Assembly (NCBI GenBank): GCA_900320505.1
Contig: ONSL01000003.1
Location: 1-45,453 of the forward strand
Source of the DNA: an uncultured Eubacteriales bacterium
Lineage (GTDB): Bacteria > Bacillota_I > Bacilli_A > RF39 > UBA660
Direction of reading: 5' to 3'
Length of the DNA stretch: 45,453 bases
In this document: positions 19,891-28,870 of the stretch, one piece after another
How positions within the stretch are numbered: the stretch's first letter is position 1
Layout: each line of letters starts with the position of its first letter
The notes under the pieces: model-generated
What the model was told of the DNA's origin: nothing
What the model saw: the letters and a program-made list of their open reading frames with translations, nothing else
Database searches by the model: none
Translations under genes and position numbers: made by a program

Positions 19891-21969
19891 ATGGCTAAAA
19901 AGAAAAATAATATAAAAAATAAAATAGGACGTAAGTTTGTTTATGCTGATAGTACTTTTGAAGTTAGAGTACTAGTTTTTATGATGCTTATAATTATTTT
20001 ATTTATAATTCTTTTTATAAAGCTTTTTGATGTTACTGTTTTAAATAACAAAAAATATAAAGAAAGTTTAGATGTTCTTTCTAATAATGTTATTGAAGGA
20101 GATTCTACTCCAAGGGGCAGAATACTTGATAGAAATTATAATGTAATTGTTGATAATAAAGCAGTTAATGTTATTTTTTATAAAAAAAGTAAGAATGTTA
20201 CTACTAATAAGGAAATAAAACTTGCTTATGAAGTTTCTAGTATGCTTTCTCTTCCTTATGAGAAGGTTACTGATGATATGTTAAGAGAATTTTACTATTT
20301 AAACAATAAAGATAAGTTAAGAAAAAGAATTACAAAAAGTGAATGGAAGAAGAAAGAAGAAAGAAAGATTTCAAATAACGATATAGAAGATTTGGAAAAG
20401 AAGAGAATTACTGCAGCAGAGGTTAATTCAATGACTGATAGTGATAGACATGCAGCATATTTATATTATCTTATGAATAAGGGGTATACTTATTCTGAAA
20501 AAACTATTAAAAGTGGAGATAGTTTAACAGATAGTGAGTTTGCTTATATTGCGGAAAATACTCAAAAATTAGATGGTTTTGGTACTAAAACTGATTGGGA
20601 AAGAACATATCCTTATGGTGATACTTTTAGGACAATACTTGGTAATGTTTCTACATCTTCTCAAGGTATTCCTAGCAACTTAAAGGATTATTATTTATCT
20701 CAAGGATATTCTTTAAATGATAGAGTAGGTTTAAGTTATCTTGAAAAAGAATATGAAAGTTATTTAAAAGGTACTAAAGGAAAATATGAACTTTTAAATT
20801 CTTATGAACTTAAAGAAATTAAAAGTGGTAAGCGAGGCAATGATATTGTTCTAACTATTGATATTAATTTGCAAAGAGAACTTGAAAATATTTTAAGTGA
20901 AGAAGTTAGAAGAGCGAAGAGCGAAGCTAATACAAATTATTATGATCATTCTAGTGTTATCATACAGGATCCAAATACAGGAGAGATTCTTGCAATGTCT
21001 TCTAAAAAGATTGTTGGTGATAAAATAGTTGATAATACTGAAAGTATAATTACTAATGCTATTACTCCTGGCTCTGTTGTTAAGGGTGCTTCTATGCTAG
21101 TTGGATATAATACAGGTGCAATTAAAATAGGAGAAAAAATTGTTGATGAATGTATCAAAGTTGCAGGTGCTCCTCAAAAATGTTCATTTAGAACTTTAGG
21201 ATTAATTGATGATATCACTGCACTTGCTAAATCTTCTAATGTATATCAGTTTAAAACTGCAATTAGGGTTAATGGTCAAGAATATCATTATGGAATGAAA
21301 CTTAATTTCAATCAGAAAGCTTTTGATACTTATAGAAATATGTATCATCAGTTTGGTCTTGGCGTTAAGACTGGTATTGATCTTGATGGTGAGTCAAGTG
21401 GTGTTACTGCTAAAGATACTAAAGCAGGTAACTTGCTAGATTATGTTATGGGACAGTATGAAGCTTATACTCCAATTGAACTTTCGCAGTATGTTACTAC
21501 TATTGCAAATGGTGGAGATAGACTTCAGCCTCATTTGTTAAAAGAGGTTAGGGAGTCTAGTGAAACAAAAGAACTTGGAAAGGTTATTTATAAGAAAGAT
21601 AAAAACGTTTTAAACAAGATTGATACTAAACCTGAATATATGGCAAGAGTTAAAGAAGGATTCTATGCTGTTATGCATTCAAATGGTGGTTATGGTGTTG
21701 GATATGTTAATCCTAATTTAGATGCTGCTGGTAAAACTGGTACAAGTCAAAGCTTTAAGGATACTAATGGTGATGGTAAAAATGATACTGAAACTATTAC
21801 TAGTAGTTTTGTTGGATATCTTCCTACAAATAATCCTAAAATTTCTATTGTTGTAACAAGTCCTGATTCTTCATATCCTAATTCATCAAATTCATTTACT
21901 TCTTTGGTTACTTTACATATAACAAAGGCTGTTACAAGTAAATATGCTGAAATGTTTCCATTAAGTTAG
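19891..21969 (+). CDS. class B penicillin-binding protein (PbpA/PBP2-like)
   Basis: N-terminal TM, RGRILDRN, SVVK (SxxK), SSN and KTGT motifs. Confidence 0.93.
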   Translation: MAKKKNNIKNKIGRKFVYADSTFEVRVLVFMMLIIILFIILFIKLFDVTVLNNKKYKESLDVLSNNVIEGDSTPRGRILDRNYNVIVDNKAVNVIFYKKSKNVTTNKEIKLAYEVSSMLSLPYEKVTDDMLREFYYLNNKDKLRKRITKSEWKKKEERKISNNDIEDLEKKRITAAEVNSMTDSDRHAAYLYYLMNKGYTYSEKTIKSGDSLTDSEFAYIAENTQKLDGFGTKTDWERTYPYGDTFRTILGNVSTSSQGIPSNLKDYYLSQGYSLNDRVGLSYLEKEYESYLKGTKGKYELLNSYELKEIKSGKRGNDIVLTIDINLQRELENILSEEVRRAKSEANTNYYDHSSVIIQDPNTGEILAMSSKKIVGDKIVDNTESIITNAITPGSVVKGASMLVGYNTGAIKIGEKIVDECIKVAGAPQKCSFRTLGLIDDITALAKSSNVYQFKTAIRVNGQEYHYGMKLNFNQKAFDTYRNMYHQFGLGVKTGIDLDGESSGVTAKDTKAGNLLDYVMGQYEAYTPIELSQYVTTIANGGDRLQPHLLKEVRESSETKELGKVIYKKDKNVLNKIDTKPEYMARVKEGFYAVMHSNGGYGVGYVNPNLDAAGKTGTSQSFKDTNGDGKNDTETITSSFVGYLPTNNPKISIVVTSPDSSYPNSSNSFTSLVTLHITKAVTSKYAEMFPLS

Positions 21970-22055
21970 AAACATTTCTTTTTTGTAAATATAAAAAAAA
22001 TAATTGTTCATATCAAAGTTATGTTATATAATTATGTTAAAGGGTAAGTGATACT

Positions 22056-23258
22056 ATGAATAATAATGATAATAATAAAACTAATAATACTAATAATGAA
22101 AATCAAACTATAATTAATATACCTGGTGTTATAATTCCACCACAAAAGACAGAGAATGGTACAGTAATTTCAAGCACAGTTGATGATAGAAATGAAGTTC
22201 AAAAAGAAAAGGATGCAAGTACAGTTAATTCTGCTGTTCCTAATTCTAATCCTGCTCCTAGACCTGAAGATCTTATTCCAAGTGGTGATATGGCACCTGT
22301 TGACCCTACAAAGAAAGGAATTTTAAATGCAAGTAGTGTAAATACTACTAATGCTTCTAGTAATGTAAGCTCTAATAATGCTAATAGTGTTAATGCTAGT
22401 ACAACACCTTTAGGCACTCTTCCAATTAATGATTCAAGTCTTCCTCCAGTTACAACAACAGAGCTTGATAAGCATGGAAAGCCTATAAAGAAGAAAAAGA
22501 AAAAATCAGTTGGAACCATCATGGTTAATAGTTCTCTTGTTGGAATTATTGTTCTTTTACTTATGGCAATTGGGTATTTTGTTTATAACGATTATTTAAA
22601 ACCTAAACCTAAAGTAGATCCTGTTAAGGAGTATCAAAGAAAAAGAACTGTTAATAAAAATAGTTATATTGTAAATATGCTTTATGATTTTGTTAATTTA
22701 GATGGATGTGGAGAACAGATCAGTTTCTTCTATGGAAGTAATAATAGTGTTAATCTTTCAAATTTAACTGATGAGAATAAAAATTATTTAGCATATAGAA
22801 TGCTTCTTAATAAGTCATTTAGTACTAAAAATTGTGCAACTTATCCTAAAGCACTTCATTCAAATAATCCTCTTGGCCTTTGGTATTGTGGTTCTTATGA
22901 CGAGACAGGAAAAGAGGAAGAAACTAGAGTATTTTCTTCTAAAGACCTAAAAAATATTGTTGAAAGAATGTTTGGCGATGGAACTTATAAAGCTAAAAGC
23001 TTTTCTGTTTCGGCTTCTGCTAGATTTATGTATAATGAAACTAATGATAATTATGTTTATCAAACATTTAATGGTGATAATAGATGTACACCTCATACAA
23101 ATACTTTAGTTAGTGCTAGTATGCAAGGCGATAATTTAACTATTGTTGTTAAAGTTACTAATAATGAAAATAAGAATGAATCTCTTTTCCACTATACATT
23201 TACTGAAACTGATGATGGCAATTATTATTTCAATAATTTAACTATTACAGGAGTATAA
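22056..23258 (+). CDS. hypothetical single-pass membrane protein
   Basis: Asn/Pro/Ser-rich N-terminus, poly-Lys, one TM, Cys-containing C-terminal domain. Confidence 0.7.
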   Translation: MNNNDNNKTNNTNNENQTIINIPGVIIPPQKTENGTVISSTVDDRNEVQKEKDASTVNSAVPNSNPAPRPEDLIPSGDMAPVDPTKKGILNASSVNTTNASSNVSSNNANSVNASTTPLGTLPINDSSLPPVTTTELDKHGKPIKKKKKKSVGTIMVNSSLVGIIVLLLMAIGYFVYNDYLKPKPKVDPVKEYQRKRTVNKNSYIVNMLYDFVNLDGCGEQISFFYGSNNSVNLSNLTDENKNYLAYRMLLNKSFSTKNCATYPKALHSNNPLGLWYCGSYDETGKEEETRVFSSKDLKNIVERMFGDGTYKAKSFSVSASARFMYNETNDNYVYQTFNGDNRCTPHTNTLVSASMQGDNLTIVVKVTNNENKNESLFHYTFTETDDGNYYFNNLTITGV

Positions 23259-23307
23259 TTCGACATTTTAATTTCTTCATATTTGTTACTATAATTTTGG
23301 TGATAAT

Positions 23308-23739
23308 ATGAAGAAATTTTTTTTATCGGTTATTTTTACTATTATACTTGGTATTTTTGTAGGAAAAGAACTTTGTACTACTATTAGTGCAAAAGAATAT
23401 AAAACTCTTTACATATTAGAGATTGGTTCTTATCTTGATTATAATGATGCTTTACGTGATACCTCCATGATAAATAATAAAATAATTATGAAAGATTCTT
23501 CATCTTATGATGTATATATTGGTGCATCTTTCAATAAGAGCAATTTAAATAAACTTATGAAAATCTATAAAAAATATAATTTTACTTATTTTATAAAAGA
23601 GGAGGAAATTAGGGATAAAGAATTTATTAAAAATATGAATAATTTTGATTTAATTATGAAAAGTAGTAAGAAAAATAGTGATATTTTAGAAATAAATGGC
23701 ATAATTTTATCATATTTTGAAGAAAAATTCATAAAATAG
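23308..23739 (+). CDS. membrane-anchored hypothetical protein (possibly SPOR/SpoIIB-like)
   Basis: N-terminal TM; Y.LEIGSY motif; position upstream of radC. Confidence 0.55.
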   Translation: MKKFFLSVIFTIILGIFVGKELCTTISAKEYKTLYILEIGSYLDYNDALRDTSMINNKIIMKDSSSYDVYIGASFNKSNLNKLMKIYKKYNFTYFIKEEEIRDKEFIKNMNNFDLIMKSSKKNSDILEINGIILSYFEEKFIK

Positions 23740-23785
23740 CGAATTTTCTTCTTTTTTTTTCGAATAATATAATAGGAGGGTTTTT

Positions 23786-24460
23786 ATGATAAAAGATATA
23801 CCATTAAATAATAGACCAGTTGAAAGGTTAATAAGATATGGAGGCAGTAGTCTTTCTGATAGTGAAGTTCTTGCTATTATATTAAAGAGTGGTACTAAAA
23901 ATGAAAGTGTACTTGATCTTGCTAATAACATTATTAATAAGTATGGTAGTATTTCTAATTTAAAAAATATTAATATAAATACTTTAAAAAATATAAAAGG
24001 GATTGGGGAGAAGAAAGCAGCAAGTATATTGGCAGCTCTTGAACTTGGAAGAAGAGTTTATTTAAAAGAAGAAAAAGAAAAAGTTATTCTTAAGAATGCA
24101 GAAGATATATTTAACTATACTAGATACATTTTTAATTCTCTTATGCAAGAAGAGTTTTATGCTCTTTATTTTAATAATAAGCAGGAGTTAATTGGGATAA
24201 AACTACTTTTTAAGGGAACTTATAATAGATCTTTAGTTCATCCTAGGGAGATTTTTAAGGAAGCTTATTTAGAGTCTGCTTCTAGAATTGTTTGCATGCA
24301 TAATCATCCATCTGGTAATACTAATCCATCGGTTGAAGACAGAAATTTAACTCATAATTTGATTGAAATAGGTAAAATAACTGGTGTTCCAATAGTTGAC
24401 CATATTATTGTTTCTGATAATTCTTATTTTTCTTTTTATGAGCATAATATTTTAAAGTAA
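23786..24460 (+). CDS. radC: RadC (JAB-domain) protein
   Basis: RP.ERL, LSD.E.LAI.L..G, HPREIF, HNHPSG and DHII motifs. Confidence 0.96.
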   Translation: MIKDIPLNNRPVERLIRYGGSSLSDSEVLAIILKSGTKNESVLDLANNIINKYGSISNLKNININTLKNIKGIGEKKAASILAALELGRRVYLKEEKEKVILKNAEDIFNYTRYIFNSLMQEEFYALYFNNKQELIGIKLLFKGTYNRSLVHPREIFKEAYLESASRIVCMHNHPSGNTNPSVEDRNLTHNLIEIGKITGVPIVDHIIVSDNSYFSFYEHNILK

Positions 24461-24513
24461 ATCTTTTATTTTAGTAATATTTATAATATAATAAACGTTG
24501 AAGGAATGATTAT

Positions 24514-25314
24514 ATGTATTTAAAAAAAGAAAACAATAAACGTCGCAAAGTAGTTGTTATAGTAATTGCTATAGCATGTATTTTTGCAGTTATATTTTAT
24601 TCATTAATGTCAAACAGAAAGATGGGATTTGTTGAGAAGGGGTTAAAGACTGTTACAACATCCATTGAAAAAGTACTTGCATATCCTTTTACTGCACTTA
24701 ATGCTGATAAAGGACGTGATATGAGTAAAAGTTATATAATACAAAAAAATGTTAATGCATCTCTTGAGAAGGAAATAGAAGAACTTAAAAATGCACTTGA
24801 ACTTAATAAGACTCTTACTGAATATAAGCCTGTTAATGCGACTGTTCTTTCTAGAAATAAGGGATATTTTTACAATACTTTATTAGTTGATAAGGGATCT
24901 AAAGATGGCATTAAAGATGATATGGCTGTTGTTACACAAGATGGTTTAATTGGTAAAACTATTAATACTACTCCTAATGGAACTTCTATTAAATTAATTA
25001 CATCAAATGATCTTAACTTTAAAGTATCTGTTTCTATTATGACTGATATGGGTGATTCTTTTGCAATTCTTAATGGATATGATAAAGATGAAAATACTGT
25101 TAAAGTAACTGGGGTTGATAAGGATGCAAATATCAAAGTAGGAGATAAAGTTTTAACAAGCGGATTAAGTTCTAAATTTCCAAGGGGCATTTATATAGGT
25201 GAGGTTAAAAAGATTAAGAGTGATAAGTATGATTTGAGTCATACATTATATGTGAAGACTAAAGTTGATTTTAACAATATTCATTATGTTACTATTTTGA
25301 AGGAGAATAAGTAA
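24514..25314 (+). CDS. mreC: rod shape-determining protein MreC
   Basis: TM, coiled coil, DKGSKDGI, TSGL...FP.GI.IG. Confidence 0.93.
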   Translation: MYLKKENNKRRKVVVIVIAIACIFAVIFYSLMSNRKMGFVEKGLKTVTTSIEKVLAYPFTALNADKGRDMSKSYIIQKNVNASLEKEIEELKNALELNKTLTEYKPVNATVLSRNKGYFYNTLLVDKGSKDGIKDDMAVVTQDGLIGKTINTTPNGTSIKLITSNDLNFKVSVSIMTDMGDSFAILNGYDKDENTVKVTGVDKDANIKVGDKVLTSGLSSKFPRGIYIGEVKKIKSDKYDLSHTLYVKTKVDFNNIHYVTILKENK

Positions 25315-25811
25315 TGTCTATTTTTATATTTTCTCTTTTAGGAATTGTATTTGATTTTATATTTAATCTTTTTTTACCTTATTTATCTAATAGCTTATCT
25401 ATTTTTAATACTTGCTTTTCAATAATTACTATTTTTCTTGTTTATCCTCTTTTTAAAGAAGACAAAAATTATATTATATATACTGTTATTTATGGTATAA
25501 TTTATGATTTGTTTTTTACTAATTTATTTATGTATGATGCAATTATATTTGGGGTACTTGGTTTTATTACTATTTATATTAATTCTAATTTTGAAAAGAA
25601 TATATTTAGTAATATGCTATACATTTTAATAGAATTATTTATATACTTTGGTATATATGTATTTTTCTTATTTATATTTAATGTAGTTCCTGTATCATTT
25701 TATAAGTTTATATATTTATTTATACATAGTATTATTTCTAATATAATATATGGAACTATTATTTATTTAATAGTTGGAAAATTAAAGGAAAGAAAGTCTT
25801 TACGTTACTAA
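25314..25811 (+). CDS. mreD: rod shape-determining protein MreD
   Basis: Polytopic 165-aa protein coupled to mreC; G.IYD motif. Confidence 0.8.
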   Translation: MSIFIFSLLGIVFDFIFNLFLPYLSNSLSIFNTCFSIITIFLVYPLFKEDKNYIIYTVIYGIIYDLFFTNLFMYDAIIFGVLGFITIYINSNFEKNIFSNMLYILIELFIYFGIYVFFLFIFNVVPVSFYKFIYLFIHSIISNIIYGTIIYLIVGKLKERKSLRY

Positions 25812-25870
25812 AAAGAAAAATAATGTTTTCTTTTTTTTCTTTTTAATATATAATGTTTTAGGAGGATTTT

Positions 25871-27316
25871 ATGAAGAAGTTAAGAGAATTATATGATATA
25901 GATAGTGATGTAGAAATAAAAGATATTAAGATAAATTCTAAAGAGGTTGAAAAGGGAGATTTATTTATCTGTACGATGGGTGTTAAAGCTGATAGACATG
26001 ATTTTATTGATGATGCAATAGAACATGGTGCAGCAGCTATTGTTGTAAGTCGCGATGGAATAAAAAAATCTGTTCCAGTTATCAAAGTAGAAGATACTAA
26101 TAAGGAACTTCCACTTCTTTGCCAAAGATTTTATGATCACCCTGAACGTGAGCTTAAAGTAATTGGTGTTACTGGAACTGATGGAAAGACTAGTACTTCT
26201 ACTATTATTGAAACTTTAATTGGAAAAAATAGATGCGGATATATGGGAACAAATGGTTATCAATATAATGATAAAGTAGGTGATACTGGAAATACAACTC
26301 CAGATGCTCCTATACTTTATAAGATGATGAGAATTATGGTAGATAATGGAATGAAGTATTTAGCAATGGAAGCATCATCTGAGGCATTTTTCAGAGGAAG
26401 AATGCAAAATCTTGAATTTGATACAGGAGTATATACAAATATAACTAGGGAACATTTAAATATACATGGAACTTTTGAAAATTATATAAAGTGTAAATCT
26501 ATGCTTATGTCTCAAACTAAAAAGAGTGGTTGCTGCATCTTAAATAAAGATGATGAACATTTTGAAGATATGAGAAAAGCTGCTAATGGTAAGGTACTTA
26601 CATATGGTAAGGATGAAGATAATACTTTAAGGATTAAAGATTATAAGGTAACCCCATATCATACACTAATCACTTATACTTATGAAGGAAAAGATTATGA
26701 TGTTGATAGTCCACTTCTTGCTGAATTTAATGTGTATAATTTAGCAGCTGGAATGCTTGCTTGTCTTTCTGAAGGATTTACAATGGAGGAGTTAATTCCA
26801 AATGTTAAGAATATATTTGTATCTGGAAGAATGGATTTGTTAAAAACTGATACTCCTTATTATGTAATGGTTGATTATGCGCATACTCCTAATGGAATTG
26901 CAAATCTGTTAAAATTTGTTCATACACTTGATATAAATAGATCAATAGTTGTTATTGGTAGTGCGGGAGAACGTGATCCTTATAAAAGACCTGTTATGGG
27001 AGAGACTGTTTTAAATGGAGCATCTTTTGGAATATTTACATATGAAGATCCTAGATCAGAAGATCCTAAGGATATTGCTGAACAACTTGTTTCAACTGCT
27101 AAAAAAGATCATGATAATTACAAAATAATTGTTGATAGGAGAGAAGCTATTAGGGAAGCTATTAATATGGCAAAAGATAAAGATATGGTTTTGATTCTTG
27201 GAAAAGGTAATGAAACATATCAAAAATTAAAAGATAAAACAATATATTTTAATGATGAAGAAGAAGCATATGAGGCTGTTCGATTAAGAAAAGAAAGAGA
27301 AAAAGTTACTGAATAA
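25871..27316 (+). CDS. murE: UDP-MurNAc-tripeptide synthetase
   Basis: GVTGTDGKTST, NTTP, MEASS, DYAHTP, EDPR and GKG.E motifs. Confidence 0.95.
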   Translation: MKKLRELYDIDSDVEIKDIKINSKEVEKGDLFICTMGVKADRHDFIDDAIEHGAAAIVVSRDGIKKSVPVIKVEDTNKELPLLCQRFYDHPERELKVIGVTGTDGKTSTSTIIETLIGKNRCGYMGTNGYQYNDKVGDTGNTTPDAPILYKMMRIMVDNGMKYLAMEASSEAFFRGRMQNLEFDTGVYTNITREHLNIHGTFENYIKCKSMLMSQTKKSGCCILNKDDEHFEDMRKAANGKVLTYGKDEDNTLRIKDYKVTPYHTLITYTYEGKDYDVDSPLLAEFNVYNLAAGMLACLSEGFTMEELIPNVKNIFVSGRMDLLKTDTPYYVMVDYAHTPNGIANLLKFVHTLDINRSIVVIGSAGERDPYKRPVMGETVLNGASFGIFTYEDPRSEDPKDIAEQLVSTAKKDHDNYKIIVDRREAIREAINMAKDKDMVLILGKGNETYQKLKDKTIYFNDEEEAYEAVRLRKEREKVTE

Positions 27317-27326
27317 GTAACTTTTT
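27301..27326 (+). terminator. terminator overlapping the murE stop
   Basis: AAAAGTTACT/AGTAACTTTT inverted repeat. Confidence 0.7.
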
Positions 27327-27367
27327 ATTTTATTTACATTTTGTTTATTAAACTTTACAATATGATA

Positions 27368-27396
27368 TTTACATTCATTTTTTTAAATGATATACT
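27368..27396 (+). promoter_or_regulatory. promoter of the WXG100-like operon
   Basis: TTTACA, 17 bp, TG-A-TATACT. Confidence 0.55.
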
Positions 27397-27452
27397 TTTA
27401 TTGTAAAGATAAGGTATATGATACGTGCCTTAGATTGAAGGAGGGAATATTT

Positions 27453-27743
27453 ATGAATGGTACATTTAGTATCGATACATCTGCTGTAAGTCAAAGCGGT
27501 GCAAAATTTCAAGAGTTATCTCGTGAGTATAATAATTATATGACTCAATTAAGATCTACTATTGAAGATTTAGGATCAAATTGGCATAGTGATGTTTACA
27601 ATAAGTTTGTATCAGTATATGAGAAAAATGCTGAAACAATCGATCAAATGAGCAAGGCTTTCGCTTCATTTGGAGATATGCTGACATCTACAAGTAATTC
27701 AGTTAATAGAATAACTCAAGATCTTAGTGATAATATTAATTAA
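27453..27743 (+). CDS. WXG100-like (EsxA-like) protein
   Basis: 96 aa from ATG 27453 (RBS AAGGAGGG); helix-turn-helix with central L...W-H-S turn. Confidence 0.75.
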   Translation: MNGTFSIDTSAVSQSGAKFQELSREYNNYMTQLRSTIEDLGSNWHSDVYNKFVSVYEKNAETIDQMSKAFASFGDMLTSTSNSVNRITQDLSDNIN

Positions 27744-27763
27744 TAATAGGGAGGAATTAAGAT

Positions 27764-28078
27764 ATGAATCAATCATTTAATCAAGCTAAAGCAATTCAAG
27801 ATGCTGAACAAATTTTAAGCATTGCTAATAGAGTTGAAAGCTTATTTACTGAAGCTGAAACTGAAAAGAACAAATTAATGAATTCTTGGCAATCAGAAAA
27901 ATCAGCAGATGCTGCATTTAGAACATTTGATACATATAGAGCTAATTTTGAAGGATTTTTAGGAGAAATTAAAAATCTTGCAAATCAAATTTATATGGCT
28001 AGCGATGCTTATAAAGCTGCTGATAATAGTGCTGCTAAGATTGCTGATGAAACTTTTAAAGTTGAACCAACAGATTAA
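27764..28078 (+). CDS. WXG100-like protein with YxxxD motif
   Basis: 104 aa; central L...W-Q-S; C-terminal YKAAD. Confidence 0.75.
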   Translation: MNQSFNQAKAIQDAEQILSIANRVESLFTEAETEKNKLMNSWQSEKSADAAFRTFDTYRANFEGFLGEIKNLANQIYMASDAYKAADNSAAKIADETFKVEPTD

Positions 28079-28101
28079 TAAGTCAATATATTGCTAATGC
28101 A

Positions 28102-28144
28102 ATATATTGTAAGTGAAAGAGTTTCTCTTTCATTTACAATATAT
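28102..28144 (+). promoter_or_regulatory. long intergenic stem-loop
   Basis: ATATATTGTAAGTGAAAGAG-TTT-CTCTTTCATTTACAATATAT, 20-bp stem with one G-U and no U-tail. Confidence 0.7.
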
Positions 28145-28174
28145 AACATAAGTAGAGGAAAGGTAGGAAAAAAT

Positions 28175-28870
28175 ATGGCATCTAAAAAGAAGACTATTTC
28201 TAGCAGTACAAAAAAAATCTCAAATCCATTTAATGTAGATTATTTACACACTGACGCTCATGGTTTACTTGCTAAAGTAAAAGCAAAGTATGATGAGTGT
28301 TTTGATGCTGCTGATTATATAAAGAAGGATACTGCGATAGAGGATGCAAATGACAAGATTATAAAGCTTAATAATACTATAAGAGAACTTGAAGAGATTG
28401 CATCATCAAAAGATGAAGAAACTTATACACTTAAAGATGTAGAACAAGTACCAATGCAAGCTAAAGCAGTACTTAATGAACTTAACCCAAGTGGAAAAAG
28501 CGGTAAACCTGACGTTATAATGAATCTTCAAAACGGAGTAAAACAGATTGCAGCATCTTATTTTCAAAAGGAACAAGATGATATATCTAAGTTCATTTTA
28601 TATGCAAAGTCTGTATATAATTTATGTGATACAAAGAAGACTAAAAATAATGCAAAGAAAGTTGATGCAATAAAGCTTGAAATAAAAAAGTATTATGCAA
28701 TTAAAGCTAATAAGAAAATGGAAAAGGCAAAGTTTGGGGAAAAGGTTTGCAAAGAGTCTTATGATGTTGTTATGTCAATACATGAAAGTGGCGTTGTGGC
28801 ATCAAGTTATGTATCAATAGGTCCTCTTTCTTCAAAAGATTCTGGATCATCGAAGGGAGGCTCAAAATAA
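28175..28870 (+). CDS. cassette protein X1 (helical, unknown function)
   Basis: ATG 28175 after GGAAAGGTAGG; homologous to the C-terminal part of 30535..31593. Confidence 0.75.
   Translation: MASKKKTISSSTKKISNPFNVDYLHTDAHGLLAKVKAKYDECFDAADYIKKDTAIEDANDKIIKLNNTIRELEEIASSKDEETYTLKDVEQVPMQAKAVLNELNPSGKSGKPDVIMNLQNGVKQIAASYFQKEQDDISKFILYAKSVYNLCDTKKTKNNAKKVDAIKLEIKKYYAIKANKKMEKAKFGEKVCKESYDVVMSIHESGVVASSYVSIGPLSSKDSGSSKGGSK

Noticed and set aside
27387-28174. Longer upstream starts given by the ORF track (27387, 28091)
   Set aside because: Strong RBSs precede 27453 and 28175, and the extensions overlap a promoter and a hairpin.
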